Assembly (NCBI GenBank): GCA_030704615.1 | Contig: CM060733.1 | Location: forward strand, 65,906,001-65,970,000 | DNA length: 64,000 nt | From: Takakia lepidozioides | Lineage: Eukaryota > Plantae > Bryophyta | Direction: 5' to 3' | Shown: positions 12,626-24,154 of the stretch, in pieces | How positions within the stretch are numbered: the first letter of the stretch is position 1 | Layout of the letters: each line of letters starts with the position of its first letter | Notes under the pieces: model-generated | Seen by the model: only the letters and a program-made list of their open reading frames with translations | The model's database searches: none | What the model was told of the DNA's origin: nothing | Made by a program: the position numbers and the translations under genes

Positions 12626-13170
12626 TCATCCACTGCGCATTGCCATTTTCTGGATTAAGATACGCACATAAAGATACAAGATATCTATAGAGGTCACGTT
12701 CGTGAAAACATGCAGATATTGGAGGCCTCCTATTGGGACCTCCTCCACAGCGTCATGAAATTCACAAACATCCAGGACAAACCTGTTCCGATTCTCCCTT
12801 AGTGTCAACAATATATTCCCTGGCCCAGAAGAGTGATGAGCAATTCAAGAGCCCTATCCGGGAGCAAATACTGTGGAGGTGTAGTATAGTTATGGTAGTA
12901 AGACCTCCAGAACTCGCCGCAACAACATCTCATGATGAAGAGACGAACACTCCGTCTTCCAGGTCTATCTCGCACAACAAGTATCCATTGTTGTCCACTG
13001 GCAGGCTTTACCCAAAGAGAATCCCACAGAAGTGCTCGGAAACTAGTCACCCTGCGTGTACTTTCACTGAAGTCCAACTCCACCATAATGTCTCCCATCA
13101 CCAGCTCACGCAATCGCGAACCTCGAATCCCGCTCCGTCGAATGCAGAAGGCATTTACACAGGGCGGCAT
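12626..13170 (-). pseudogene. Possible divergent ORF-X family member next to the terminus
   Basis: GDIMVELD..RVTSFRAL..QWILVVRD..RSVRLFIMRCCC aligns by eye with DDIIVFLD..RLVQLRAM..RWFLRIMD..RTALLYRWNCC of 63140-63691; frameshift near 12808. Confidence 0.4.
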
Positions 13171-13479
13171 TGAGGAAGTGTGCGCCCACCGGCAATGGAG
13201 AGGGACAAGTAATCACTATAGTGTTTGGATAACCCCTAGAAAGGTTGAATGTCATCTCCACATTGACATGTGGATGATTGATCACAAAACTTAAGGAAAC
13301 AGTCAACATATATACAGATTTAGGACATAAAATCTGTTTGGGAGGATAGAAGACGGTAAGCAAGCAAGACAGAAACTATGTATTGTCCATAGGGGCTCCC
13401 CAGGGACCAAGGGACAGATTACAATTGTGCCGCTGCTGCTGCGGCTTCTAGATGACCATCTACCCATGCAGGTTTCTTG

Positions 13480-13992
13480 TAGCTATCCTTCCATAGGGAA
13501 TCATAGGTAATCTGGAGCTTGAAATCCGGCCCTCTTGGATGAATATGGACCTGTTTCTGGATACTTTCCTGTTGTCACATTGGCAGTATCATGTTAAAGT
13601 AGGCTCCAAACTATCAAAGATTCACTCAACCAGCTAACTTGGGGGCCGATTCCGATAAGAGGGAAAACCAAGGTGAAATGTGTTGAAGAATGCATTGAAT
13701 GAATCTGGACCCACACTCTATCCCTGCTCCTTCAGCTATCCATGCCTCTGCACAAATCATGCGTACATCCTCGCCTTGCTGCTAGCAGTTGACAATGACA
13801 GCCTAGAATTGTTCCAGCAAACACCCCAACCTTACTTATCGCACTAGTTCCTATGCTGACTTGCGTCTGCTTCCAACAGGCATTCACCTTTTTGCCTCGA
13901 TTGTTCCACCATTGACTGGGGTCGGAAACGTATTCATTCCAGAGCTTCTCCTCGTTTCTGTTATTTGTTTTTCGCTTATTTCTTGTTGCCAC
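13480..13992 (-). pseudogene. Degenerate OSB-type PDF-motif fragments (organellar ssDNA-binding-like)
   Basis: LWNEYVSDPSQWWNNRGKKVN and PRGPDFKLQITYDSLWKD resemble the WWDNR..K.NP..PDFK...LW motif. Confidence 0.45.
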
Positions 13993-15469
13993 ATTGCCAG
14001 TAACATGTCAAAATCACTTCAAAACCACCATAGATCCACCAACAAGCTAACTTGCAGAATTCAACATGAGTAGGGACAATTCTCTGCGCCATCCCTTCGC
14101 CGCGTCATCCTTTCCTCGCTACAAAGACATTTTCGGGCATTTCGGGCAGGTTCCAAGGAAATTGACGACGACGATGACGTGTCTACGAAACGTGGCGACA
14201 ATGACGTGTTGACGATGATGTGGCGACAAAGACGAGGCACTAAGGCACCCTATTCCTGCTCTATGCTAAACTAGCTTTCGACCTTCGGTCGTCGCTAGAA
14301 TTATTATTATTACTAGGGCTTCACGTTGCTCCGCACTACTAGTGATGAATTCTGAGAACAACGTCCAAATAGATGGGCTATATTGAAGTCTTAAGATACT
14401 CACACAATAGACAGCAAGACAAACGCATCCAAAAGAGGCATTGCAAGAGATTAACGGTCCATAGTAGTGTTGGGCGGATCTAAATTCGGTCCAGACAGTC
14501 GGCAATGAGCTATGACAATCAAAGTACTACTTCCACACTAGAAATTGCACGAGACAATTGCAGGAACTCGTAAACTAAAGAACCAATTGCAGATAAGCTA
14601 TCCGTCAATCCATGCCCTTGAGTTTATAGGTGGGTAACAACATGTGAAATAGAGTGGAAGGTGGCAAGCTGCAGTCAAGAAATGTGATAGAAAACTCTCA
14701 GAACTTGCCACCAATTAGCCAGCTGGAAGCCCGAGTAGACCAGGGAGGAGCTCGCACAAGCCCTCTGTTGTTGCATCAATCTTGGCAGCCCGTGGGAAAG
14801 TTGGATCAAGTGATCGTTTCAAAGAAACACAATCTAAAATGCAAGGGACTGTGCTTATCGCCGGCTAACACCTTTGCTTGTGTAGATAAGCATTTCTGAT
14901 CCTCATAATGGAGACTTCAGTGAGAGATTGAATTCCACGGAATGAACGATGGAATCTCCCACAGATCTCATAAGAGGGCACTAAAAGAAGTGTTCTTCAT
15001 CAATTTCCTGGTTGTGTCTGGTGCAAGCTGGGCATAGGCAGTCCTCCCGATGCAGGAAAAGAAAGAGAATGAAATGAAATGGCACAGAAAATGGGTATTA
15101 TCTTCAAGCCGTCTGCACACCAGGCATTGACAATCTCCATTTCCTCTCTGCATCCGCTTATTGATCAAAAGTAGACTCCCCACCCCGAGTTAAAATTATA
15201 GTAGTGTCAAGGCTGTCCTTCACTCATCCATATCACAAACAGGAAATGAGTTCAGGGTTTTATGCCTAACTTTTGTTCGGACATTCTGCACTCTTCCAAC
15301 ATGGCCTTGGACACGTCAGCTTCCAAGTCAACTTCCAAGTCACCTTCATCTTAGCAGGGTCAGTTCCTCTTGCCTAATATTCAGGTACTTGAAATCTCTT
15401 TTTCCCGTTCCGCCAGGACCACCTATTTAATGGGGTTGGAGTGGATGTTGGCAGATCCACTACTTTCGT

Positions 15470-16300
15470 CTCCAGACACAAAACCATGGCCAGCTTCTCA
15501 CTGTGGTGGCAAAGAGAATATTCTTTTTCCTCCTCCCCCACATCATGCAATACAAAGCATGTGTCAGGTGCATACCCCGCCTCCTTTCATCTGCCCAGAC
15601 TCAGCTCAGCATGGATTTCCTTAATTCTGGGATGCAACTTGTCATCTACAGGGAAGGTGTGCACCCTGTTGCCAACCTCAATGTAGCAGCAACCTGGCTC
15701 CTTTCTAATCCCTCTAACCTTCATCATTCTTCTCACCTTTGCAGTATCATCCCACCTACCAGCTACAGCATAGATGTTTGATAGCAACACATAAGTCGCG
15801 GCATCCTGCTCATCCCATTTGAGGATAGATGTTGCCGCACATTCAGCCATCTCCTTGCCATGGATTCTGCAGGCACCAAGTAAGGCCTTCCACACCACAA
15901 CATCTGGATTGATTGGCATCTTATTAATCAGATCCACTACCTGATCTAGTTGTTCCGCACGTCCAAGAAGGTCCACCATACAACCAAAGTGCTTTACTGT
16001 CGGAGTGACACTATGATCTTGATTTTCCTTCATTCAGTAGGCCAGTGTGGCTACATGCAAAGAGAACACATATAAAGGTGATATTGTCCGTCAAGCCATT
16101 CTTTGCATTCCTTCAAATAGTTGCAGGACCTCCCTATGACAACCATGTTGGGCATATCCTGCGATCATCGCGTTCCACAAACCACATTTCATTCAGCCAT
16201 ATCCATATTGTCGAACATTCCTTCACATCCTCAATGCACCCACATTTGGCATACATGTCCACCAGGGCAGTGTACAATTCCCGCTTTGACGATGTTACCA
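15470..16300 (-). pseudogene. PPR E/E+ and start of DYW domain, pseudogene
   Basis: HFGCMVDLLGRA, VVVWKALLGACRIHG, ATYVLLSNIYA, KEPGCCYIEVGNRVHTF; HSEKLA-like sequence near 15490-15510. Confidence 0.85.
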
Positions 16301-16359
16301 TTGACTTCTGTAAGTTAGCTCGTTGGCTTCTGAAAGAGGATAAAGAGAGGGAGTCCATA

Positions 16360-19186
16360 ATGCCTCTTCTGGCTCTTCAGGGCATGTGAAGATGCTTTGT
16401 GAGGTAGGTAGACTGAAAGAGGCTCTACAGACTTTAAACCAAGGAGCATCTCAGCAGATTCAGATATGTATGTGGTACGATGCTTTGGATGAGCGAATGA
16501 TGCACGAAGGGATGAAGCCGAACCACATCACAATTGTTTGTGTTTGCAATGCGTGTGCAAGCCTGAGAGCCCTGGAAAAGGGAAAAAAGAGGTCCATGGT
16601 GACATCTTCAAAGCTAGAAGTGTACCCGATGTCCTTGGCGATATCGTCAGAGCTGGAATTGTACCAAATGCCATTCTAAACACTGCCCTAGTGGGTGCAT
16701 CGAGGATGCAAAGGGAGTGTTCGACACTATGGCTGCACGAGATGTGGTGTCGTGGAGTGCGATGCTTGCAGGGTATGCAAAGCAAGGACGTGGGAAGGAG
16801 GCTTTGGAAACCTATGAGATGTGGTGTCGTGGAGTGCGATGCTTTCAGGAAATGCACAGTAGGGACGTGGGATGGAGGCTTTGGAGACCTATAAGCAAAT
16901 GATGGGGGAAGCACATCATGTTTGTGTGCATTCGCAATGTTTGTGCAAGCCTGACAGCCCTTGAGAAGGGCAAAGAGGTGCATGGGGATATCATCAAAGC
17001 TGGAATTGTACCAAACGTCATTCTGAACACTGCCCTGGCAGCTCTGGAAAAGGGGAAAGAGGTCCATGGCGACATCTCAGAGCTGGAATTGTACCAGATT
17101 TCATTCTAAACAATACCCTGGAGGACATGTTTGCAAAATGTGGGTGCATCTAGGATGCAAAGGGAGTGTTCAACACTATGGCTGAACAAGATGTGGCGTC
17201 GGGCAAGCCTAGCAGCCCTAGAGAAGGGCAAAGAGGTGCATGGTGATATCGTCAAAGCTGGAATTGTACCAAATGTCATTCTAAACACTGCCCTGGCAGC
17301 TCTGGAAAAGGGGAAAGAGGTCCATGGCGACATCTTCAGAGCTGGAATTGTACCAGCCGTCATTCTGAACAATACCCTGGTGGACATGTTTGCAAAATGT
17401 GGGTGCATCTAGGATGCAAAGGGAGAGCTCGACACTATGGCTGAACGAGATGTGGTGTCGTGGAGTGCGATGCTTGCAGGATATGCACAGCGGGGACGTG
17501 GGATGGAGGCTTGGAGACCTATGAGCAAATGATGGGGGAAGCACATCATGTTTGTGTGCATTTGCAATGCTTGTGCAAGCCTAACAGCCCTTGAGAAGGG
17601 CAAAGAGACTTTAAACCAAGGAGGCATTTCAGCAGATTCAGATACGTATGTCTGTCTCTTGCATAAGTGCATCAAGATGAAAGGCCTTGAAGCTGGAAAG
17701 CAGGTGCACACTCACATTATCCAAAGTGGATTTAGCCAAAAGTTTTTCTACTCAACACCCTTGTCAACATGTATGTTAAGTGCGGAAGCATCATGGATGC
17801 TTACCAAGTGTTCAACAGAACGCCTCAACCATCTTTGATCACGTGGAATATAATGTTGGCAGGATTTACCAAGCATGGGTGTGGTACGTGCTTTGGAGAC
17901 CTATGAGCAAATGATGGGGGAAGGGGTGAGGCCCAACCACATCACGTTCATTTGCGTTTGCAATGCGTGTGCAAGCCTGGGAGCCCTAGAAAAGGGGAAA
18001 GAGGTCCATGATGACATCATGAAAGCTGGAATTGTACCAGAGGTCGGTGGAGGACATGTATGCCAAATGTGGGTGCATTAAGGATGCAAAGGCAGTTTTC
18101 AACAATATGTAGGTTGAATGAGATGTGGTGTCGTGGAGCGTGATGCTTGCAGGGTATGCACAACAGGGACGTGGGGTGGAGGCTTTGGAGACCTATGAGC
18201 AAATGATGGGGGAAGGGGTGAAGTCCAACCACATCACGTTCGTTTACGTTTGCAATGCGTGTGCAAGCCTGGGAGCCCTGGAAAAGGAGAAAGAGGTCCA
18301 TGATGACATCGTCAAAGCTGGAATTGTACTAGATGTCATTCTGAACACTGCCCTGGTGGACATGTATGCCAAATGTAGGTGCATTAAGAATGCAAAGGCA
18401 GTTTTCAACAATATGCAGGCTGAACGAGATGTGGTGTCGTGGAGCGCGATGCTTGCAGGGTATGCACAGCAGGGACGTGGGGTGGAGGCTTTGGAGACCT
18501 ATGAGCAAATGGTGGGGGAAGGGGTGAAACCCAACCACATCACATTCGTTTGCGTTTGCAATGCGGGTGCAAGCCTGGCAGCTCTGGAAAAGGGCAAAGA
18601 GGCCCATGGCGACATTGTCAGAGCTGGAATTGTACCCGATGTCATTCTGAACAATGCCCTCGTGGACATCTATGCCAAATGTGGGAGCATGAAGGATGTG
18701 AAGGCAGTGTTCAACAATATGGCTGAATGAAATGTGGTGTCGTGGAACGCGATGCTTGTAGGGTATGCACAGCAGGGGCGCATGATGGAGGCTTTGGAGA
18801 CCTATGAGCAAATGATGGTGGAAGGGGTGAAGCCCGACCACATCAAGTCTGTGCATTTGCAAGCCTGGCAGCCCTGGAAAAGGGGAAAGAGGTCCATGGT
18901 TGCATCGCAAAAGCTGAAATTGTACCAGATGTGATTCCGAACGATACCCTCGTGGACGTGTATGCAAAATGTGGGTGCATCGAGGATGCGGAGGGAGTGT
19001 TTGACAGTATGGCTGAACGAGATTTGGTGTCGTGGAGGGTGATGATTGCAGGGTATGCACAGCAAGGGCGCGGGATGGAGGCTTTGGAGACCTATGAGCA
19101 AATGATGGTGGAAAGGGTGATGCCCGACCACATCACGTTTGTTTCCGTTTGCAATACCTGTGCAAGCCTGGTAGCCCTGGAAAGAA
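16360..19186 (+). pseudogene. Scrambled tandem P-L-S PPR repeat array (pseudogene)
   Basis: Repeated GKEVHGDIVKAGIVPDVILNTALVDMYAKCG / ERDVVSWSAMLAGYAQQGRG / EALETYEQMMGEGVKPNHITF units with many deletions, stops and frameshifts. Confidence 0.9.
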
Positions 19187-19208
19187 TTCAGTGTGCATCT
19201 CAGGGCCG

Positions 19209-19520
19209 AGCCTCCATAACGCGCCCAAGATGTGCATATCCTGCAATCATGGCGTTACAAGACACCACATCTCCTTCAGTCATATTGTCGAACACTCCCT
19301 TTGCATCCTTGATGCACCCACAATTGGCATACATGTCCACGAGGGTATTGTTCAGAACAATATCTGGTTCAATTCCCGCTTTGATGATGTCACCATGGAC
19401 CTCTCTGCCCTTTTTCAGGGCTGCTAGGCTTGCACACGCATTGAAGACACAAATAAAGGTGATGTGATTGGGCTTCATCCCTTCCCACCATTTTCTCATA
19501 GGTCTCCAAAGCCTCCATCC
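19209..19520 (-). pseudogene. Inverted PLS-PPR fragment cut by element B1
   Basis: MKPNHITFICVFNACASL...DVVSCNAMIAGYA on the minus strand, abutting the terminus at 19521. Confidence 0.85.
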
Positions 19521-19962
19521 GGGGGCTGCTATTTCATGAGCCATGAGCCATGAGCCATGAGCAGAGTCGTAAGTGTCGAAAAAAACATGAGCAGGACTAT
19601 TTTCCGGAAATGAGTGTCCGCGGGAATAGGGTTTAGGGTGTCACGGTCATAGGGGGAGAAGGACCTACCGATGAAGGAGGTTCGGCAATGTTTTTTAGAA
19701 TTACATATTGAAAGGCAATGTTTCGCGAATGGTAGGGTGGTACTGATCTGTACAATGGGGGCCCATTTCAGCCTACCAGCCACTTGCAAAATCCACCCAC
19801 ACTCCCAATGAGGAATGACGCATTTTGGGAACGATGGATACAGAATAGAACAAAAAGAGGGCACAATGGGGTTTTTATTGATCCACATAAATTGCATTTG
19901 AAGCACGTCTACTGTGCTGATTGTGCAAACAATTCTTTAGCCCTGTGCCTTCTAAATACAAG

Positions 19963-20526
19963 TCACGTTGTCAATGGGACTTCGACTGCTCTGAGAAGTA
20001 GCTCATGAGTCTTCGGGCTCCTCCAGGTAAACTGGATTGCAGCCGTTGTACCGCCCCTATTGATGTTCACCACAATGTCGTGCCCTTCAATCATACCACC
20101 ATCGAATATGGAAAGCTTCACGTTTTCGCTGTCCACACCAATGCGAATGTCCCCATACAATGGAGAAGATGAGCGCACTCCTTCAGGAGTATAAGTCTCT
20201 CCGATGGAGTCCACCCACGTCCACTGGCAGCAGTTCCACCGCAACAGCATAGCAGTGCGCATTCTTCTGCATGGGTGCCCGTCGTAGCTGGGAAAATCGG
20301 AATCAAGGATGCGCAGGAGCCACGGACTCCTCAGACCAAGATCGTCACCCTGCTCGAAGGCGTACTGGCCTGGGAGATACTCAAAAGCGGACAATGTTTC
20401 CACATTCGAACCAGTATCTTCTGTGTAATCTGTGTACCAGATAACGATGTCTCCCGATGTGGCCGAATACATTGCATAATCGATGCCTCCATAAGGGCAG
20501 TCGTCCCGGTTTCGGAAGCACGGCAT
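19963..20526 (-). CDS. ORF-X1, ~187-aa orphan transposon cargo protein
   Basis: Intact intronless frame MPCFRNRDDCP...PWLLRILDSDFP...RTAMLLRWNCCQW...AVEVPLTT; homologs at 21083, 50745, 54942 and 63140. Confidence 0.7.
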   Translation of the reverse strand: MPCFRNRDDCPYGGIDYAMYSATSGDIVIWYTDYTEDTGSNVETLSAFEYLPGQYAFEQGDDLGLRSPWLLRILDSDFPSYDGHPCRRMRTAMLLRWNCCQWTWVDSIGETYTPEGVRSSSPLYGDIRIGVDSENVKLSIFDGGMIEGHDIVVNINRGGTTAAIQFTWRSPKTHELLLRAVEVPLTT

Positions 20527-21082
20527 CCTTGCAAAGGAGGACCTGAGAACGTCTTTGATGCCGATGACAATCACCTTGCGGACAGCAACGAAGCCCTTAG
20601 ATTTTCGAAATGATGAGAAGCGGAAGAGCAGTGCGGGCTCCAATAATGGACCATCTGGGTCACAAGTACCCACCAATCATCGTGTAACGTGTTCAACAAG
20701 CCAGCGGTGGATGAACCGATACCTCTTTCTCATCCACGGGGTATAGTTTGAAATTTGCCACCGAAGTCCATCCCCCGGATGGAAATTCGGCGTCGCATTT
20801 ACATCGAAGGGGGGATGGACTTCGTCGTCTCGAGTGGCTATAGGCCCACCTGGCACTTACTGCCCATAGTTTGCATGGCAGGGAAGGAAACTGAAATGGC
20901 TACATCCATGGATGAGCCAATCTTCATCCATGCAGGTTCCTGTCGGGGGGATATTTAAATGTGCCCTGGAGTGTTTGTGAGGAATTGCAGCGTTTGCTTG
21001 AATTTCTTCCAGCCACCGCGCTGCTACCTCCTCCATCCGGGAGCTGCTGTCATTGAGCATACTGCGCTACTCTTTTTCAGGG

Positions 21083-21661
21083 ATGCCGTGCCGCCGAAAT
21101 CCTGCTGACTGCCCTTATCATGGCCACGATTATGCTATGTTCAAACCAGAATCAGGAGACATCATTGTCTGGCTTTCACTTTTCACAGACGCATCTGGAA
21201 TCAAGCGGGAGTCTTTGCACGCAATGGAGTATTTGGAGGGCTATTACCGCTTTGAGCGAGGTGAGGGCGAGGGTCAATGCGGTCCGTGGGTCCTGAAAAT
21301 TGTTGACCTCGATATACCAAGGTGGAATGGGATGCCGGACAGATCACGCACGGCCTCACTTTGGCGCTGGAACTGCTGCCAGTGGACCAGGGAGGACGGC
21401 ACCGGGGAAAACTATATTCGTGGAGTTCACTCCGCTTTTCCAGTGTATGGAGACATTCGGCTGAGTTGCGAAGGCGAATCGCACGGGCACAGGAGGCCCA
21501 CAGTGACCTTGTCGATGTATGATGGTGGTATGATTGATGGGCATGACATTGTCGTCAGCTCCACCAACGGCACCAGATCGACCGCATTGCAGTTTACCTC
21601 GAGGTGCCGCATCAGTAATGAGCTTGTTTTGAGGGCTATCGAAGTTCCGTCGACTTGGTGA
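21083..21661 (+). CDS. ORF-X2, divergent paralog arranged head-to-head with ORF-X1
   Basis: MPCRRNPADCP...SGDIIVW...PWVLKIVDLDIP...RTASLWRWNCCQW...YGDIRL...DGGMIDGHDIVV...AIEVPSTW; frame intact despite strong divergence. Confidence 0.7.
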   Translation: MPCRRNPADCPYHGHDYAMFKPESGDIIVWLSLFTDASGIKRESLHAMEYLEGYYRFERGEGEGQCGPWVLKIVDLDIPRWNGMPDRSRTASLWRWNCCQWTREDGTGENYIRGVHSAFPVYGDIRLSCEGESHGHRRPTVTLSMYDGGMIDGHDIVVSSTNGTRSTALQFTSRCRISNELVLRAIEVPSTW

Positions 21662-21934
21662 CGCCCATGTAGAAGGAGGAAGGGCTTAGATTTGTCTGGA
21701 GTTACTAAATGTGAGACACCGTGTTCGATCAATAAAACAACCCATCGTACCTCACTTCTGTGTGCTTGTGTTTCATCGTGTTCAAGAATTGCCGTAATTG
21801 GCCCACTGTTTACAATTTGAGGTTTGTACAATGTGTCTGTCCATATGACTATACCAGAGTCAGCGATATCAGAGTCCTGAGGTGAAGAAAATCCATGTAT
21901 GAGTTGTAGGAAACATGTACACGCCGAAGCTCGG

Positions 21935-22940
21935 AAATTCGGCAGCGCAATTCATTTTTCTCCATGCAGCGATTTCTGGCAGCTCCCTTTCCTCCGTTGT
22001 CGTCGTAACGGAAATGCTGTACAACATTTCATTTCCTGACATGGCATTACCATACTTCGAATTTGAAATGCGGCGCCGCATTTCCATATTCGACCTTGAA
22101 CTATCCAAGCATGTCCAGTCGCTAATGCTTGTCCATGTCCATACTTGAAATGCGTCACCGCATTTCCATGTCCGTCATCGAAATTTCGTACCGGACAATG
22201 AAATGCGGCACAGCATTTCCGAAGAGCACAATGGAATGCGGTGCCGCATTTCCGTCGAAGGGTCTGGAATTGGACAAACAACGATGGAAGTTCTGGAAAT
22301 GCGGCACCGCATTTACATGTTCGTCATCAAAATATCGTATTGCACAATGGAATGCGGTGCCGCATTTCCGTCCATCAAGACGGAATGCCCACATGGGTGT
22401 GGAATTGGACAAACAACGATGGCTGTTTTGGAAATGCGGCGCCGCATTTCCCATGTCGGGCAATTGAAAGTTTTTACAGGACAATGTAAGTTTTTATAGG
22501 ACGATGGAATGCGGTGCCGCATTTCCATGAAAGGGTCTGGAATTGGGCAAACAACGATGTCCCGAAATTTCTTATTGGACAATGGAATGCGGTGCCGCAT
22601 TCCCGTCTAGCATCATGGAATGGGGAGCCCAAGAACGTCGATGGGTCTGCAGTTGGAAAAATGTCCATCTCCAAAAGGTAAATGCGGCACCGCATTTCTA
22701 TGTTCGACCTCCGCATTTCGATTTACATCCATGGAAGGAGCTGGCAATCGGCAAAACTGCCGTTCGGAAACGGAAATACGGCACCGCATTTCCGTTTGTC
22801 CGAACAGTTTTTGATGTCCAAACCATGAAACGGAAATTTTTTCCTGCACCGGTTTTGGAAATGCGGTGCCACATTTCCAAAGGAGGTTTTTGTAGTTGCC
22901 ACATTTCCGTTCAGACATTGAAATGCGGTGCCACATTTCA
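21935..22940. repeat. Family-B palindrome array GGAAATGCGG-NN-CCGCATTTCC
   Basis: About 20 copies by eye, separated by variable 15-60 bp spacers. Confidence 0.9.
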
Positions 22941-23076
22941 GATTTTGGGAGGGACCAGGTTTGGACGATGTTGTCGTTTAGAAGCACATGGGAGAGGGGA
23001 CATGAAGGACGGGGAGAATTCCCTCTATATACTCTGGAATTGAATTTAAATGTACAAAGAGTTCATTAAAATTGTA

Positions 23077-23546
23077 TTAATCTTGAAAATCATCACTACT
23101 GTCATCCTGTCCTTGACTGTCATGCTCCGCCTCCACCCCGTCATTGCCTTTCTCATCTCCAGCGGACTGCTCGTTGGCCAGGCTTTCGAAAATCCCATCT
23201 TCACCTTGCGGAACCGACCATCTCACCTCCGTTGGCTCGTCGTCCTCCCTGTCTGCATCGCTCTCATCCGCTGAATCACATATGAACTTTTGCACCCGTC
23301 TACCTGCCTCAGCTGTTGCCAACTCTTTCCTTATCCTTCTGTCCTCCCTAGCCCTCTCCAAAATCTGCTCTACTTTACTGGGATTCTCACATCGTCTAAT
23401 CGCTGTATTTGCGAGTTTAGCTGCATAACTAGGAAGGGAGTAGTCCTTCACGGGCTCGTCATGAAGTCGGCCCTCGCAAAGAACGGGACATTCTTCCTGG
23501 CAGGAAGTGTAGGCCTTACATGTTTCGACCCAGATCCTCCAATCCT
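23077..23546 (-). pseudogene. Acidic terminal exon, family B1 (frameshifted)
   Basis: YSLPSYAAKLANTAIRR...RWSVPQGEDGIFE; frameshift near 23455 relative to 48715-49183. Confidence 0.65.
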
Positions 23547-23636
23547 GCATATAACAATCACCAACGAGACCAATGAGAACCACAGTCCGGATATGCGTTT
23601 GACAAAAAATCACACAGAAGACTTTGCAAACTTACA

Positions 23637-24152
23637 GGCCCGCATAAAGTATAAGTCGCGGATGGTAAAGTACGTGGCCGTAGCTGATCCCGCCCTTAGT
23701 GCCGACTTTCTGGTGGAGGTGGAGAAGGACTACTCCTGCGCTCTGAAGCCCACGATGACATTGGAGAAGCTGCATCGTCTAGCCACATCATGTGTGGATG
23801 CAACAGAAAATGTTATACATTCTTAACCAAATTGTCGTGGCAACAATTCATTTTTGTGGTGTTTGACGCTTACTAATATGCACGGTGGTTGGACAGACCC
23901 GGTGGCTCCAAATCTGGAATGGCTCCCAAAGTATCAGGCACATGTGGAGCTTCCCCAAACCCGACAAACTGTCTGACCCCACATTCGACATGTGGATGAA
24001 CCGCATGACATGGTGGTTTCAGGTACTTTCCCACGCTTCATTTGGCGCTTCTACTCTTGTATCGGGTGGATTTATTGTATTTTTTGAGGAAAGCGGTCTG
24101 ATGTAGAATCTCCACATGTGACGACGAATGCGCAAGAGCAGCTTGACACACA
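23637..24152 (+). pseudogene. Inverted inserted fragment of a family-C ParB-MTase gene
   Basis: KYKSRMVKYVAVADPALSADF...TRWLQIWNG...MWMNRMTWWFQ; replaces ~8 bp present in B2 (~48616-48623); no TSD. Confidence 0.75.
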
Positions 24153-24154
24153 AC

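Noticed and set aside
14090-14900. Possible LTR or other TE remnant with short GACGATGACGTG repeats
   Set aside because: No TG..CA boundaries with TSD, no second copy and no coding similarity that I could support.
19628-19640. Plant telomere-like GGGTTTAGGG
   Set aside because: Only about 1.5 units, part of the family-B subterminal sequence.
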